From the NCBI GenBank assembly GCA_951406725.2, contig OX597817.1:113770001-113834000 (forward strand): a DNA stretch of 64,000 nt. The letters are read 5' to 3'. Source of the stretch: Octopus vulgaris. Lineage: Eukaryota. Every line of letters starts with the position of its first letter. The first letter of the stretch is position 1. This document shows positions 12,127 through 26,309 of this stretch, one piece after another. A program made the translations under genes and the position numbers. The notes under the pieces were generated by a model. The model did not search any database. It was not told the DNA's origin and saw nothing but the letters and a program-made list of their open reading frames with translations.

Positions 12127-13817
12127 TGTTGTGATGAGAGTTATGATGCCTCCTTGTGAGAGATAAACTAATCCAAGTAGAGTATAGCTAGTAATGATCC
12201 AAGTGAGTTCAGAAGTTTAGAGTTTGGAGCTGAGTGAAGTTCGTATTAGTTCACAGTGGAGTCAGTTGACATTGGTTGGTTAGTCTGCAAGGAATATTGA
12301 TTGTTGGTTCGTAAATAGATTTGTCTGGTTATTTATCTTTTTTTTTATTTATTATTTTTTTTTTTTTAATTTTATCTAATTTCAGCTCACGAGCTGTGGC
12401 CATGCTGGGGTACCGCCATTCTTATTTATGGTAAATAACAAATCATGTTACATCTGGCAATGAGGTTTTTGAATCTCACGTAAGTTATTTAACAATTTGT
12501 TTGTGATACAACTTGTTAAATAATGGAAGACCTATTAGCTTCCATTGTACAGTTGCAAAGGCAATAATAAGAGCAGCAACAGGAGTTTCAGAAGCAATTA
12601 CAACAACAATTATTGGAGCTATATTCAAAGAAGCCCAGAAATTAGGTAAGTTTGTTTTTGGCAGACTGCATTTCAAACTCAATTAATGAATTATAACCCA
12701 GAGGAGGGTATAACTTTTTGCATCATACTACAGAAGGTATGAGGTGATTTTAAAGCAAGATTGCAAATCATGGTCAGACAAACAAAAAGTGAGATTGTTA
12801 TGGTAAAAAGTAGCTCCATTAGAGTATGAACATTACTGTAATTCCATATTGCCCAAAATACCCAATGAAATTTGTTTTAAAGAAACAATAAAATTACTTT
12901 TTAACATATTTGGTGATAGAACTTCTCTATTTAACACTCAAATGGAGTGTTGGAATATAATGAAAAAATAGAATGATGATTTTATCAAATACGCAGGAAC
13001 AGTCAACAGAATGTGTGAAAGTTTTAAACTCAAAGAACTTACACCTGAGATGTTCTAGTGTCTTATTTTCGTACAAGGCCTCACAACAAACAAAGATACA
13101 CAAATCTGGGTAAGAATTCTTTCTAAATTGGAACAAGCAAACCGAGATCTAACTTTACAGTCCATGGCAGAAGTTAAAGATTAGACATAAAGAAGAACAG
13201 AGGAATGAAGAATAATATATGTTTGAAGAGCTAGCACTGAGTGATAGTGAACCCTGTAGAACTAGCTTCAGAAAATGAAAACAGACTGAATATCTGGAAG
13301 TAATACCTAAACAAAAAAGATATTAAATTTTCAAAAAAAGGAAAAGAAAAAAAATCCCAACAAGAATTCTATCAAGAGTGCTTAATATAATGAAAAGAAA
13401 AAGTGCTGTGTGCAACAAGCAATACTAGCTTAAAAGTTGGGCAACAATTATGATACAACAGCTAAAAAAAAAAAGAAGAGAGGTGCTGGAAGAGAAAAAA
13501 AGGAAAAATTCCACTTTTTCACAGTAGTTGAAATCTCAAAAGGAGAGATGTTGTGATGAGAGTTATGACACCCCTTTGTGAGAGATAGAGTGGTCCAAGT
13601 AATGTATAAATAGTAACAATCCGAGTGAGTTCAGAAGTTCAGAGTTTATAGTCAAGTGAAGCTTGTGTTAGTTTGTAGTGAAGTTGGAAGGTGTTGGTTG
13701 GCTAGTTTGCTTGGAATATTGATTGTTGGTTTGTAAAGAGATTTGTTAGTTTGTTACATTGTTTTTACTGTTGTTTGGTTATTTTATTTATTGTACTAAA
13801 CAAATTACATTACAACA
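12127..13817 (+). mobile_element. Internally deleted Gypsy/Ty3 LTR retrotransposon (two LTRs and a gag relic, no pol)
   Basis: LTRs 12127-12452 and 13549-13817 both start TGTTGTGATGAGAGTTATGA, and the 3' LTR ends ACAACA. PBS-like tggcaatgagg at 12455; PPT aaaaggagaga at 13538-13548; 5-bp TSD GTACA at 12122-12126 and 13818-13822. Confidence 0.9.
12523..13172 (+). pseudogene. Gypsy gag (K02A2.6/Mag-like) pseudogene
   Basis: Translation across stops and frameshifts: MEDLLASIVQLQ..YNPEEGITF..YYRRYE..WSDKQKVRLL..EHYCNSILPK..FKETIKLL..FG..SLFN..DDFIKYAGTVNRMCESFKL..F*CLIFVQGL..RILSKLE. Confidence 0.8.
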
Positions 13818-13904
13818 GTACACTAAAAATTCTTTCTTGAAATTTACCTCCAAGTTGGAGAAAGTAAAGAAAAACCTAGTGACAACCCTTAAAAGTTAAT
13901 CCTT

Positions 13905-14270
13905 TTATTCTTTTATTTGTTTCAGTTATTGGATCGTGGCCATGCTGTAGCATTGCCTTGAAAGGTTTAGTCGAGTAAATCGACCTCAGTACATATTTTC
14001 AAAATCTAATACTTATTCTATTGGTTTCCTTTTGTTGACTGCTAAGTTACAGGAATGTAAACAAAACAACACTAGTGAAACATGAACAATACACACACAA
14101 ACACGCAAATGGCGTCTGCACAGTTTCTGTCCTCCAAATTCATGCTCAGGATGTTAGTTAGACTAGCACTATAGAAGACACTTTTCCAAGGTGCCATGCA
14201 GTGAGACTGAACTTGAAGCGATGTGGTTTTAAAGCAAGCTTCTCAACTACACAGCCATACCTGTGCCTAT
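13905..14270 (-). mobile_element. SINE family B, near full length
   Basis: ttttatttgtttcagt..tggccatgctg...acttattctatt...ctatagaagacactt..ccaaggtgccatgcagtgagactgaac...actacacagcca. Confidence 0.8.
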
Positions 14271-14434
14271 AACTCTTCTTGAAATGATCTCCCCTTTTTC
14301 TTCTGTGAGTCACTTACAATTGCTACTAGGGTTTTTGTTTTATATACTCAAACTAAAAGCGAAATTTCAATTAAGAATTTTTTTCTTGCATATGTATGGC
14401 ATTCAGAATATAACCCCCTTAACTTACATAATAA

Positions 14435-14645
14435 ATATTGATTTCAATTTTTGGCACAATGCCAGCAATTTAGGGCGAGGGGTAAGTCAATTACTTATTT
14501 TGCCAACCCTGGTACTTCCTAAAACCCTGAAAGGATGAAAGCAAAGTTGACCTTGACAGAATTTGAGCTCAGAACGTAAAGACAGATGAAATTCCACTAA
14601 GCATTTTGCCCAGCATTCTAATGATTCTGCCAGCTCACTGCCTTA
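14435..14645 (-). mobile_element. SINE family A
   Basis: gaaaggatgaaagcaaagttgacc...atttgagctcagaacgtaaagac...ctaatgattctgccagctcactgcctt; a more decayed copy lies at ~14810-15010. Confidence 0.8.
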
Positions 14646-16328
14646 CCTACATAATAAATATTAACACTTTATCTTCTCTAAATTAAACTGAATATGTAAG
14701 GTATGTTTATTTACTATTTATATATTTATATTGCTAAGTTTTTTTAAGGGAAGTAGGAGAAACAGGAGAGGTAAACAGAAAATCGATGATAATAATTTCA
14801 TATATAGACTCAGGACCAGAAAATTTGGAGTAGGAGAGGAAAAGAAAAATCAGTTATACTGACTGTTGCACTTGATTGGTACTTTATTTATCAACCTGAG
14901 AAAATGTCAGGCAAAGTTGACTTCAAAGTGATTTGAACTTAGAACATAAAGGGTCATAGTTAAATACTGAAGGGTATTTTGTTTGATACTTCAACAATTC
15001 TACCAATCTATCAAAAATAAGTAGGAAATGTAAGTAACTAGTTCTGTCCCATTAAATTTCAGGCCTTGTGCCTATAGTTGAAAAGATTACTATAATTATA
15101 ATTGATTCGCGATTTCTTGTTCCCCCCCCCTTCATCTTATCACAAAGACAGCACAGAACAATAACTACTACTACTAAAAGAAAAACAATAATGCCCCTTC
15201 CACACACACACCTGTACCAAAGACAAGACATGAATCTTTTCCACCTGTAAGAAATTAGAAACTAAAAAATTTTTAAAAAGTAGTTGGTGGGTTTGAAGAT
15301 GATTGAACAGGAAGCTGTTGGAATTCTTGAGTTTTAATTTCATTATGATTATTTTTTTCCTACAAGCAAAGCCTGTGTCATTAACATATAATATTGGTAT
15401 TTTAAAGTATGCTGATGCTCTCGGTAAAGACACATGCATTTCATGTTACTTCTTTGGTCCACGATTCGATACTGATGCCTGCATATTTACTTTTTGATCA
15501 AGCAGACCTATGATCAAAGGTGTTTAAGCCATGTCTGTTTCAGTCTGTTTTATGACAGTATGGTGTGATGAAGGAGGTTCAGCTGCTGTTTTAGCATATC
15601 AAGCAACAATATAAAGGTTTCCTCTTAGTCAATCAATCGTTAGAATTTTATAGTGTCATATATGTCGTTGTGGTGCTTTAATCAAAGGTGAAGCCCAATT
15701 GAAAAGGCCTATGATTAAAGTCACTCAAGTTGTGACCATCCAGTATTTTTATTTTTCAAACATAACATCTAAGAATCTAATATGTTTTTGTTGTTTTTTA
15801 GATGCTAGGGTATGATAGAAGGGAAAAATGGTTGAACTCTCAGAAATTCTTTTATTGGCTTGGGAGATGTGCAGAATGTGAAAATAATGGTACAGGAATT
15901 TAGATATTCTATGTTTATCATATTCTGTCTTCTAATATTTTCAAAACTGGTTAAATTACTGATGTAAATGATATACAAGACAAGTTCAATCAATTATAGC
16001 CTCTCTACTTAAACTGAATTTGTCAATATGTTTTGTTTCCTTTCTTAACATGGCAGAGAAGTGGGAAGATATTTGGCAGCTAATTTTAGAAGAGTGAACA
16101 ACTGTGAAGAGACTCGTTTGTAATCTTGGGTAGTAACAGCTCACAGCTACAAAATACAGAAGCAGTATATACTTAAAAGGCACTTCATTTACTTGCAGTA
16201 TTGGTTTTCAGTCCTACTGTGGGCCTGAGGAAACATTACCGAATGTTCTCACTGTAGGACTCAAACCTATAATCAACATACTGAGTATAGAGAACAGACT
16301 GGTCAGTGAAGATGATATAGCATTTTCA

Positions 16329-16590
16329 GATCACTACACCGAGTCCCATTCAGCAAACCATTGCATATTAGAGCCGGTAGTATGGTCCTCAACTAGATAG
16401 ACTACTGAATCTGTGGATTGCACTACTGAAACCTATATGCCATAGGCCTGTGCATTCAATCAAGGTTGACTAGGAAAACACATCAATAACTATCTGTCTA
16501 CTATGAAAATAGATTTGTACTTAAGCAAAATATTTAATTATTGAACAATCTCTAACTTTTTTATCTCCATTAATATTGCTTTCATTGATA
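16329..16590 (+). repeat. Diverged dispersed repeat, copy 1 (copy 2 at 18167-18447)
   Basis: Shared blocks aaaccattgcat, agtatggtcytcaactag, gaatctgtg, aaaatagatttgt and ttgctttcattgata in the same order. Confidence 0.7.
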
Positions 16591-17324
16591 GATTTTTACT
16601 TCACTGTTCTTATAATCAGACATCTCAATGCAAACAACATATTTACAATATAGGTGTGTATGTTTGTATGCAAACATACTCAAACAGACACATTTGATAT
16701 TCTATACTTGCAATCTTTTGGATTAAGTACATCACTCCTAGTTAATGGTTTCTCATGGATTTTTTTTGTTCCAATCAGACAATTTTAGAGCAACATTCAC
16801 TGCAAAACTAAGAAAACACTTCAACTATAAGTTTTTATAAACTACAACACAAGGGTATTTGACATACTTATACTAGATGTATCTATAACTATAAAGATAA
16901 ATATTTTCACAAAACCACAGGGGCTCATTAGGATGATGCTTAGCTCTTGAAATCTATAGCATTAAACAGATAGGAGAATGAGAAAATAAATATCCTTTTA
17001 CACAAGACAGCAGTATTCTACTGCAGCATATGAACTACTATACTCTATACAGCACATAGGACAACAGTGAGTACAACAGTATACTATTACTGTAAGTAAT
17101 GTTCCTTGTAAATCTTGTACCTATTTCACAAACCTGAATGTGATGCATTATGCAAAATTTAGTGTCCTGTCCAGAGACACAATAAAATATCAGAAATAGT
17201 TATAAAAGTGCCAGATTTAGACAGCTACTTTATCTTTAAAACCTCTAATTAACACATATTATAATCTACAGGAAGATGAAAGGTAGAATTAATCATAGCC
17301 ATTGTTCAAACTTGCTTTGAAGTA

Positions 17325-17420
17325 ATAATGATGATGGTGATGATGATGGTGGTGATGATGATGATGGTGGTGGTGGTGATGATGATGATGATGATAACAA
17401 CAACAATAACAATAATAATA
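17325..17420. repeat. Trinucleotide microsatellite (ATG/GTG/ACA/ATA)n
   Basis: Direct reading; it accounts for the poly-His ORF on the minus strand. Confidence 0.95.
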
Positions 17421-19559
17421 ATCTATTAATTGAAATATCTTAATAAGATACAATGAAGCACTACAAAATATAAGTAAATGAGTCTCTATCCTTTTCAATG
17501 ATGAGTATACACTTGTTTGCTTGACTGAATTACTTGTTCATTAGTTTAGTGTGTCAGTGGTTGAGTAACTCACTGCTATATGTACCCTTAACATAATTCT
17601 TAGGTACAGTACAATTCATGTTACAAGACTGTACCATTGAATTACAAGTACAATCCATCTGATAGGCTTCTGCATAGTATTCCTCACCCAATTTCACTCT
17701 CAAGAATTTGGTTGACCCAAGGCCATGTTAAAAGACACTCACCCAAAATTCTATACAGAAGTATTGAACCCAAGACATCTTGATTGTGAAATGAATTTCT
17801 GAGCCATTTGGTCATGCTATGTCCACAATGATGCACTATCTTAATAATAATGCACTGAATTCACTGTGTTCTGATTATAGAAAACAATTCACAAAAATAA
17901 ATTTACATTTTCTGTGTATGTGAAATATTTCTATTTTAAGGAAACTAGTTCCTTTACATGTTAAATTCATGAGAAAAGACTGTTGACCATAGGTAGGTGC
18001 TATAATTTCTTGTAAAACATTACAAGCACTGTTTAATTGAACAACTATTTTAGAATTGAGATATAGAAGTACTCTCCATTTGAATTTGGTTAACTTGAGT
18101 CTATAATTACCATATCAAGTATGTAGGAACAGAGTGGACAATGAAAGAGATAATGTAGTAAGTTCAAGATCCTTATACTGAATCTTACACCATAAACCAT
18201 TGCATGTCAAGAGTCAGCAGTATGGTCTTCAACTAGGTGGATTATGGAATCTGTGCATTACATTTTGTCATTTAGTTAATACCTACATGTTACAGGTTTA
18301 TTAAATCAGGGCTGACGATGGACACTACCACAATCTATTGTGTTGTAATATCTACTACAAAATAGATTTGTGTTTGGACAACCTATGTAATTATTGGAAA
18401 AATCCCTAATTTTTTTATATTTCTCTCTAATGTTGCTTTCATTGATAATTTCAGTAATTAAGAATGAGATTTTTCATAGTGCTCAAGTTTGTTGATATTT
18501 TAATTCTTAAACTTTTTTTATGATCCAGGATCATCGGACGCCAAATCAAAAAGATATCAGACAATCTGCTAAAAGATCAGTTAGGCATCTATCTCAACAT
18601 TGTACTGTGCCATCACTGCATTGAATCCATGTCCAATACATTTAACTATCAATGGCTCAACTCAACAAAAGGTGAAATTACAATAAAATGAGGAGCAGCA
18701 CTCTATAATTAACAAGTGTTCCATTAGCTTGCAGTGACCAGTCTGTTGTTAGATGATCAAGTCACTTACTTGACATTTTATGATGAGAAACTCTCAACTC
18801 TCTTGACTTACAGGAAAGACTAATAGGATAACACTGAGGGAGCTTCTACACAGTTACTCAACCTGCTACAAAAAGAAGACAACTTTCCTTCAAATAACAT
18901 CTGTAATACAACTATTCCCTGTAGTCCTATGTATAATATACTAGGGTAAAAAAGCTGAATAGTCAAGACTGCAGTTGCTTTGATTCAGTTGCTCAATCAG
19001 GACTTGCCTGGGACTAAACAAAAATAACTCGTCTTTTCTGGTTACATCCACTGAAGGGGGTTGAGCTCAACATAAGAAACCAGTGAAGCACATCAATTTT
19101 TACAGTGGTGCCACTGCTAACATCAGAGTCTTATTACCATCCAAGAGTGCATATTTGCAGTTAGGTAAATTGGACCATTTAAGAATTAACTGTCTTGGCC
19201 ACAGACACCATAGTACTAGGATATGAACTTGAGTCTATTCAACTAGCTTATGGCACTTTGTTAGTGTGGCTATCAATGCTTTTACAACACAGTTAAGCCA
19301 AGCTAAATTCATTATCTACTCACTCTTTTTGAATATATTGCTATAAGCAGTAAAATAAATGTAATAAAAAAAAAGGTTAAAAAGGAGAATAAATTGTTTT
19401 GTTGTGTTTAAGAGGACAAGTCTAATGTTTCAAGTGGTACTGTTCATTTGAAAAAAGAATTCTACTTAAAAATTTAAACTTTTATTCTTCATCACAGTAA
19501 ACCAATTTATTCCATTTTATACTGTTAATAACTATCAATTGTTAATGTAGAACATCAAT

Positions 19560-19860
19560 AGTTTCCTTGGATCCCATTGTTTACTTATTTATATAATAGT
19601 GCAAAATTCACTTTCCATTTTAAAACTGACTTCTTCAGTCATCAAATTTGACTGTCCACATGTTTTTCCCCCTCTAAGAGTTATCTTAAAGAAAGAGCTG
19701 ATGTAAACAAACCCCCAAACACTCCAGAGACTGGAGAATTATGTTCAACAAGAAATTAGAGCACTGAAGTCAGATACATTACAAACTCTATTGCAAAACT
19801 ACCAAGAAAGTTTGACCCTGTGAAGTTGAAAATGGAAAATATTAGGAACATGTTATATAA
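19560..19860 (+). pseudogene. Tc1/mariner-superfamily (maT/DD37D-like) transposase C-terminal relic
   Basis: ..S.NLT...YLKERADVNKP/QTLQRLENYVQQEIRALKSDTLQTLLQNYQE...ENGKY*EHVI* resembles SPDLTPxDFFLWGYLKxxVY..GxxFEHLL. Confidence 0.6.
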
Positions 19861-21636
19861 CTTTTACAGCTACTCTACATAATGATTAGTACAGTTAAAT
19901 GTCCTAGATATTGTTTTTAATGCCTAAAATGAAGACAATGGATCAAAATTTCAATTCTATGGAAGTGAAAAGGTATTCAAGAACTAAAATCAGGAAAGAT
20001 GAAATCTGAAATTGTGATTCAAACTTAAAATGAAAATCAATAAGATAATTGAAAATCAATTTTAGGCAATAAAATTTTTTTAAAAATCATTTTTTAAAAT
20101 TGAAACTTAGAATTTAAATACCAATTTTTAAACAATGTTTTTAATCTTTTTTTTTTGTTTTCATTTCATTTATGAAAACATTTTATTTTTATCAAATATT
20201 TCAAACAAAAGTCTAATTTGTTTTATTTTACTTTTATTAAATATGAACTAAAAAAAAATTACTGAATTAAATTTGTGATTTCAGGTCTATGTAATACATA
20301 AAAGTTGATGAAATGGAATTAATTCATTTTGCAAATATTCAGTTAAACAAAATAGTTAAAGAGAGCAATAGATTAATTATTACATGACTGCATTTATTAA
20401 CTGATATTTATTTCAATGTGATGATAAAAATTAAGGAAAAAAAATCCCCCCAAAACAAAGGAAAAACTATCATTTGGTCTCTTTCTCTTCAATGTTAATA
20501 GATTGGTTGCAATTAGGCTATATTTAATAATAATGGGAAAAACAGAGACAGAAAAAGAGAGAAGAGAATTGACAGACTGTATACAAATACTATATTGATT
20601 TTAGCAAAATCTACTGCAGTGTTTCGAATTAGCAATTATTACAGGTCAATACAAAGAGTGGAGAATAACAAATAGTTGAAGAGTGAATGGAGATGTTTGT
20701 TGGATTGTTAAATCAATAAGGATAGAGAAAGGAAAAAGAAAAAAATATATGGAACACAGCGATTAAATAGAACAAGTGGCAAAGATAGAATGAAATAAAC
20801 TTCAGCATAATATCAAAATAATCTATTTAGAAGACTGTTTTCTGAACAGAGAATTACATGTTGAAATAGTATGTATCTCTTAGTGTGTATCTATATATCT
20901 TTTTTTTTTTTTTTTGACTGTAACCAATAGTGTACCAACTTCAGAAGGTTTTCATCAGTTATATCAACCCCAATACTGAATACAGTCCTCATTTTATAAT
21001 TCTCTATTTATCAAATAGCTAAGTTCACTCAGGTTACTTCCCTTAAGGAAATTTACAAGTATTAACACCAGTATGCACAAATAAAGACATGTACAAACTC
21101 ACACAAATACAAATTTCCATCTGCTAAGACAGTGGTCAACCCAAAACTGTGGTATATGTCCAAGGTGTCACACAGTGGGACTGAACCTGAAATGACATGG
21201 ATACAAGGCAAACTTCCTAGCCACATAACCATGCCCATATCCTATATTTATTTTGTACTGTATCCTATATCAATTTGCTCTAAAACAGTTCTAGCAGCAT
21301 ACCTATGAGAAAAGAAGTATCAGCCTCTCACTCAGCTCTTCTTCCTTTCTGTGAAAGAGCTGTTGAGAGTAGTTCTCTCCAGACCATTCTCATGGTGCAA
21401 CACACAGTTAATAATTGAAAAAGAAGGATAATGAGATGGGGAGCACCAACGATAACTATTTATCAACCCAGGAAATAATGAAACACAGTGACATTAGTGG
21501 GATTTGGACTTAGAATGCAGAGAGCCAGAACAAATACAAGTCTTTCTATCCTATGCTTTAATGATTCTACTAAAATACAACAGGAAATGTGTGTATACAT
21601 ATGTATGTATATATATATATACATATATATATATAT

Positions 21637-22300
21637 GCTAGTGGTTCAGTATTGAAATGAAAGTCAACTGGTTGACCTCGGACTGCCAGAACTCCAGAAA
21701 ATGTGGCAGCAGTAAGGGCTCAGCATTCTCCACAACATTCTGCTTGGAAACACACCACTGCTTTTAGGCTTTCCAATAGAAGTTTGCGAAGAATTCTTCA
21801 CAAGGAACTGCAAATGCATCCATACAAAGTGGTTTTGGCACAAGAACTCAGTGAATGAGACTTTGAAACTTACAGAGCATTGTGCTTGGAAATTCAACAT
21901 GCCCCCCTCCCTGTGCAGTTCTTGTGTTGTTCAGCAACAAAGCTCTTTTTCACCTATGTGGCAGCATGAATAAGCAAAACTTCCAATACTGGGTCAGGAA
22001 CGACCCTCATGACTTGTACAAATGCCCCTTGCATTGTATGGTGTGCAGTAGCAGAATTTGGCATTTGGTGTCTATACTTCTTCGAAGAAAACAATGTTAC
22101 AGTGACTGTACTGTGAACTCTGATTGATATTGTGTGATGCTAGAGACTTTCCTGAAACCCAAACTGAATGAACTTCACAATAGGGACAATGTTTGGTTTT
22201 ATCTAGATGGGGCAACAGCCCACACTTCTCAAGCATCAAACTAATAATTTCAATCATGAACTTATCTTGCTTTTTATTTATTTATTGTTTGGGGTTCTTT
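21637..22300 (+). pseudogene. Tc1/mariner-superfamily (maT/DD37D-like) transposase relic
   Basis: SGSVLK*KSTG*PRTARTPENVAAVR..LRRILHKELQMHPYKVVLAQEL..FSNKALFHLCGSMNKQNFQYW..VNSD*Y..ML..WFYLDGATAH. Confidence 0.8.
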
Positions 22301-24214
22301 GCCGTGTGTGTGTGTGCAGTGAGTGAAGTAACATGTACATGAATCTAAGCTATGATTAAGGATGCCCTTCAAAATCTTTCATCAACAATTCTGGTTCAAC
22401 CATATGTCATTGATACTCCAGATCATTGCGAATCAATGTACTTGCTTTCTTCTCTAATGAATCACTTACCACTTTTGAAATATATCAAAATAGAATTAAT
22501 TTATATCACCTTACAGCACAGAACAAATTGTGAAGAAAATGGCCTTGAACTCCTGCTCAAATAGCTCAGCTTGCTTGATAATTAATCTTGAGTGTTTCTA
22601 GCTAATTTGCATATTGTGTCAGCTATCATGTCACCCAATTATGTTGATAGATAATTAATTTAAACCAACAGATAAATCTAAAATATACAAGCTAAGTAAT
22701 TAAAAGGTGTTATGTAATCTATGTTAAGTGGATAATCCCCATTAACTTGAAGGATAATAAATGCATGGAACATCTTCCCATTTTTTTTTCCTTTTTGTTA
22801 TTCAATGTTTCATGTTGAGTGAACAGAATTAAGAATTGAATAAGAAAAAAATCTGTTAACATCCAAAACTTTTGATTTAACTCAGTTTTAGATACACTGA
22901 TTTGATCAAACAATGAACCAATGTAATAATGAACCCTGTCTACATGGTCGATTGCCTCACTAGAAATAGCAGTCAGATCAGCCCAAATCAGACTCTAGCA
23001 TCTGAAAAAATGGAAATAGTGCCTTATACTATGTAGTCCTAAATAGATAAGGAGAGTAAACAGAGGAAACACCTTTGATTATAGATTTAATTAGAGCTGA
23101 CCTGGCTTCTAAACCCTAATGACAACAAAAGCAACTAATGAAATCATGTATTTGATGTGCTTATGTGTTATGTAAGGAGATAAGCAAATAATTAGTAAAG
23201 CATTTAGAGTAAAGACTGAACTGAAATACAAAACTGAAAGACATCCAAACATTAGTCATTGTTTTCTTGCTGGCAAACACTATTGTTTTGGCTGTCTGGT
23301 CAGACTATGTACTTCAGTCTTTTGGTTAGTTTGGCTACATGATATTTTATAGGTCAATATGAAGAGTAAAAAAAACAAAAAAAAAAAACACCAACAATAC
23401 AAATAAGCAGCAAAAATCCAATCTTCTTAGTGAGATAATTAAAAAATAGACACTGCATAATGACTGTAGATTACATATATTGTAAGATACAACATACACA
23501 CGTTTGTTTTGGAAAGGAAGTTCATAAATTCTGATTTAAAACTATAGACAAACATTTATTCATAAATTAAAACTAATTACATCAGTCTGTACGTGCGTAT
23601 GTATATATAACACAAGCAGAGAAAGGCTGACAGGCAGGCACAACAACAGATTCAAAGGCAGACATAAGAACAATGTGAAATTCAGGAACAAACCAACATA
23701 CACACACAATCTGCAAGTTGCTATCCAACCATGAACAAACTAATTCAAACACACTCTCTCATCAAGAACTTTAGTATGTTATAAAAACCAAAAATAGATT
23801 ATCACTCTTATCAATAATTGTATTCATCACTTTTAGCACTGAACAATGTATCGGAGTAAGAGATAGTAGGTGCTTACACTATTCTCAAATACATGTCTAC
23901 ATGAAAGAATGCTTGCATCTTTGTACTTGTTGATCAAAGCTCCAACCAAAAGCCTATAATGAAAGGATAGCTTCTCATAGTGTTTTGATCAAGGCTGTAA
24001 TGTTATTGTAGTTGAAATTAGATATAACTGGATAATTGATCGGTTTCATATTTAAATAGGGTTAGTTTTCAAAATAACAGAATTAATGTGTATTCAATAA
24101 TGAAAAGCATTAATTTGTATTGTTTCAGAATCAGAAAATTTATAAGGCTATTGTTTCAATTTGTTAAGAATGAAAATGTAATTATACAATCCATATACAA
24201 ATTAAATATCTTTT

Positions 24215-24595
24215 ATATCTTTTACTTGTTTCAGTCATTAGATTCAGGCCATACTGGAGCACTACCATGAAAGGTTTTAAGTCAAACAAATTACACCCAG
24301 TACTTATTTTTTAAAGTCTGGTACTTATTCTATCAGTCACTATTGCTAAACCTCTGTTATGGGGATGTAAACAAACCAACACCAGTTGTCAAGTAGTGGG
24401 GAGTGCACAGACAAACACACACGCATATGCACAACAGGTTTCCACACAGTTTCCATCTATCAAATTCACTTACGAGACATTAGTTAGCCTGGTGTTACAG
24501 TAGAACACACTTCCCCAAGGTGCTATGCAAGAGGATTGAACCTGATGTCATGTGGTTGCAAAGTGAGCTTCTTAACCTCACAACCATGCTTGTGC
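24215..24595 (-). mobile_element. SINE family B, near full length
   Basis: ttttacttgtttcagtcatt..ggccatactggagcac...ggtacttattctatc...ggggatgtaaacaaaccaacacc...cccaaggtgc...gagcttcttaacc. Confidence 0.8.
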
Positions 24596-25458
24596 TTAAT
24601 CTTAGTTATCCCCTGGACAAGACTGAACCCTGTGCAGGATGTTCTATGATGCTGTCTACATATGCCTTTACTTACAAGATCACAGAAACATCATATATAG
24701 TTTCTGAATTTTCCCCTCTCAAGATTCTGAATCTCTGATGTTCAAAAGATAAAAATCCACTCCTAAATAAATAAAGTGTTGAATTCCCTTCATTATAACA
24801 GTTTAATCAATTTAAATTAATGAATGAAAATGAACAACATAAGATTAATTTGACATTCCAACTTTCCTCAATTTGGTAAGAAGTTTAAATTATAGAATAA
24901 AGGGATGCAAATATTTACTAACAATTAATAGTCTTAACCTTCATCCTAACAAACCAGACATTTTCTTCTTATATTGAGGGTAATGCAGCAAATATTACGC
25001 AAGGTTCTTCTTGTTATTTTAAAGCATTAAGTGAAAATACCAAATGAAATATATACCAGATACCTTCTTTCTATGAGATTCCAAACAATAGATCATTTCT
25101 ACAAATTTTAATTATAAATTAGAGTAACTTATAAATGTGATTTTAAAGTTTAAACAGAAAAAAAAAAATCACTTTTCATAAAGAGTTCTTTGTATGTAGA
25201 ATATGTTCAAACCACTATCAGGACAAAATTACCAGAAAACAATACCTTTACTCTGGATAGTACCATCTAGTAGGCTAAATCTTTGGAACAAGCTTAGTTT
25301 AATGTAAAGCCATATCAAATTCCTACTGCTTTTATGGGATCCCCTGTTGTTAATGAGGAAAATTTAAGTTTACCGTCACAGTAAACCATAAAACTTATAT
25401 AGAATTTACTCTTTCTGATGCAACCCAGCATCAGCTACCATATAAGGATTAAAATTAA

Positions 25459-25662
25459 TCCTTTAGCATTCAGATTACTCTGTCAAATATAATGCTTATT
25501 TATTCACATTGTTTTGAAGTAATCATATGCTACCTTGCAGTTTTCAATGCTTATTTTTAGAATAATATTGTAGGTTAGGTGAGAAAGGCCAGATTTGACC
25601 AGTTTGAACATAAAACAGGTAGAATATTTGGGCCATATATGACCAGTTTAAATACTAAAGGA
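25459..25662. mobile_element. piggyBac-type MITE
   Basis: TTAA|tcctttagcattca ... taaatactaaagga|ctaa: inverted termini with a TTAA / degenerate TTAA target. Confidence 0.65.
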
Positions 25663-26309
25663 CTAAACCAAAAGTGAACCATCTGAAAGATATTTCTATT
25701 ACAAAAGCCATCTGTCCTTCTGAACACTTGTCAATAGACTTTTATTCTCTGTTTTTAGAATGCCATCATTTATTCATTCAGAAGAAAGTGAGTTGTTCTT
25801 TTATGCCTACCAAGTTGGAACACTTAGAGCTATTAGATTTCTACAAGTCATACATACCACATACTCCTATAAGGAATTCCCTTATATCTTCTGGCACCAA
25901 ACAATGTATGGCTTATAGCAATATATGTCTTTTTAAAATTGTTTAAAGGATTATATCAGGAACTTTCTTTATTACAACAGGAAGCAATAGAATCCCCAAG
26001 AAAATCAATAATAGCAACAGCATTAATTTAATAAACAATTTTGAATAAAGCAAGAATCTTTGCAGGATTAACTAAACCCTATTGTGTGCCATCCAACCCA
26101 TGCCATCATGGAAAGTGGATGTGAAATAATGGTATTCTACAGCACAAACATGTAGGCAGGAGTTTTGTTTTGGTCTAATACCTTAATTAAATTTAAGGTG
26201 GTAGTTGTTTTTATTGTTTAACCTCAAGTCAGCTTTGATCAGACTCAAGAATCAAGCCAAACTGGCCATGACTAGCCCGTCTTACTATGGTTAATTAGTA
26301 CATTATTCA

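Noticed and set aside
12550-12645. Exon-like segment tacag|...ttag|gtaag encoding AKAIIRAATGVSEAITTTIIGAIFKEAQKL
   Set aside because: It lies inside the Gypsy gag relic; another frame gives the Q-rich gag N-terminus.
15212-15244. GGKDS PP-loop-like motif in one frame of a candidate exon
   Set aside because: A five-residue match with no supporting neighbouring exons.
17289-17498. Poly-histidine ORF
   Set aside because: Translation of a trinucleotide microsatellite.
25200-25300. IRTKLPENNTFTLDSTI**AKSLEQA, resembling a Gypsy gag motif
   Set aside because: Too short and degraded to annotate, with no LTRs seen.
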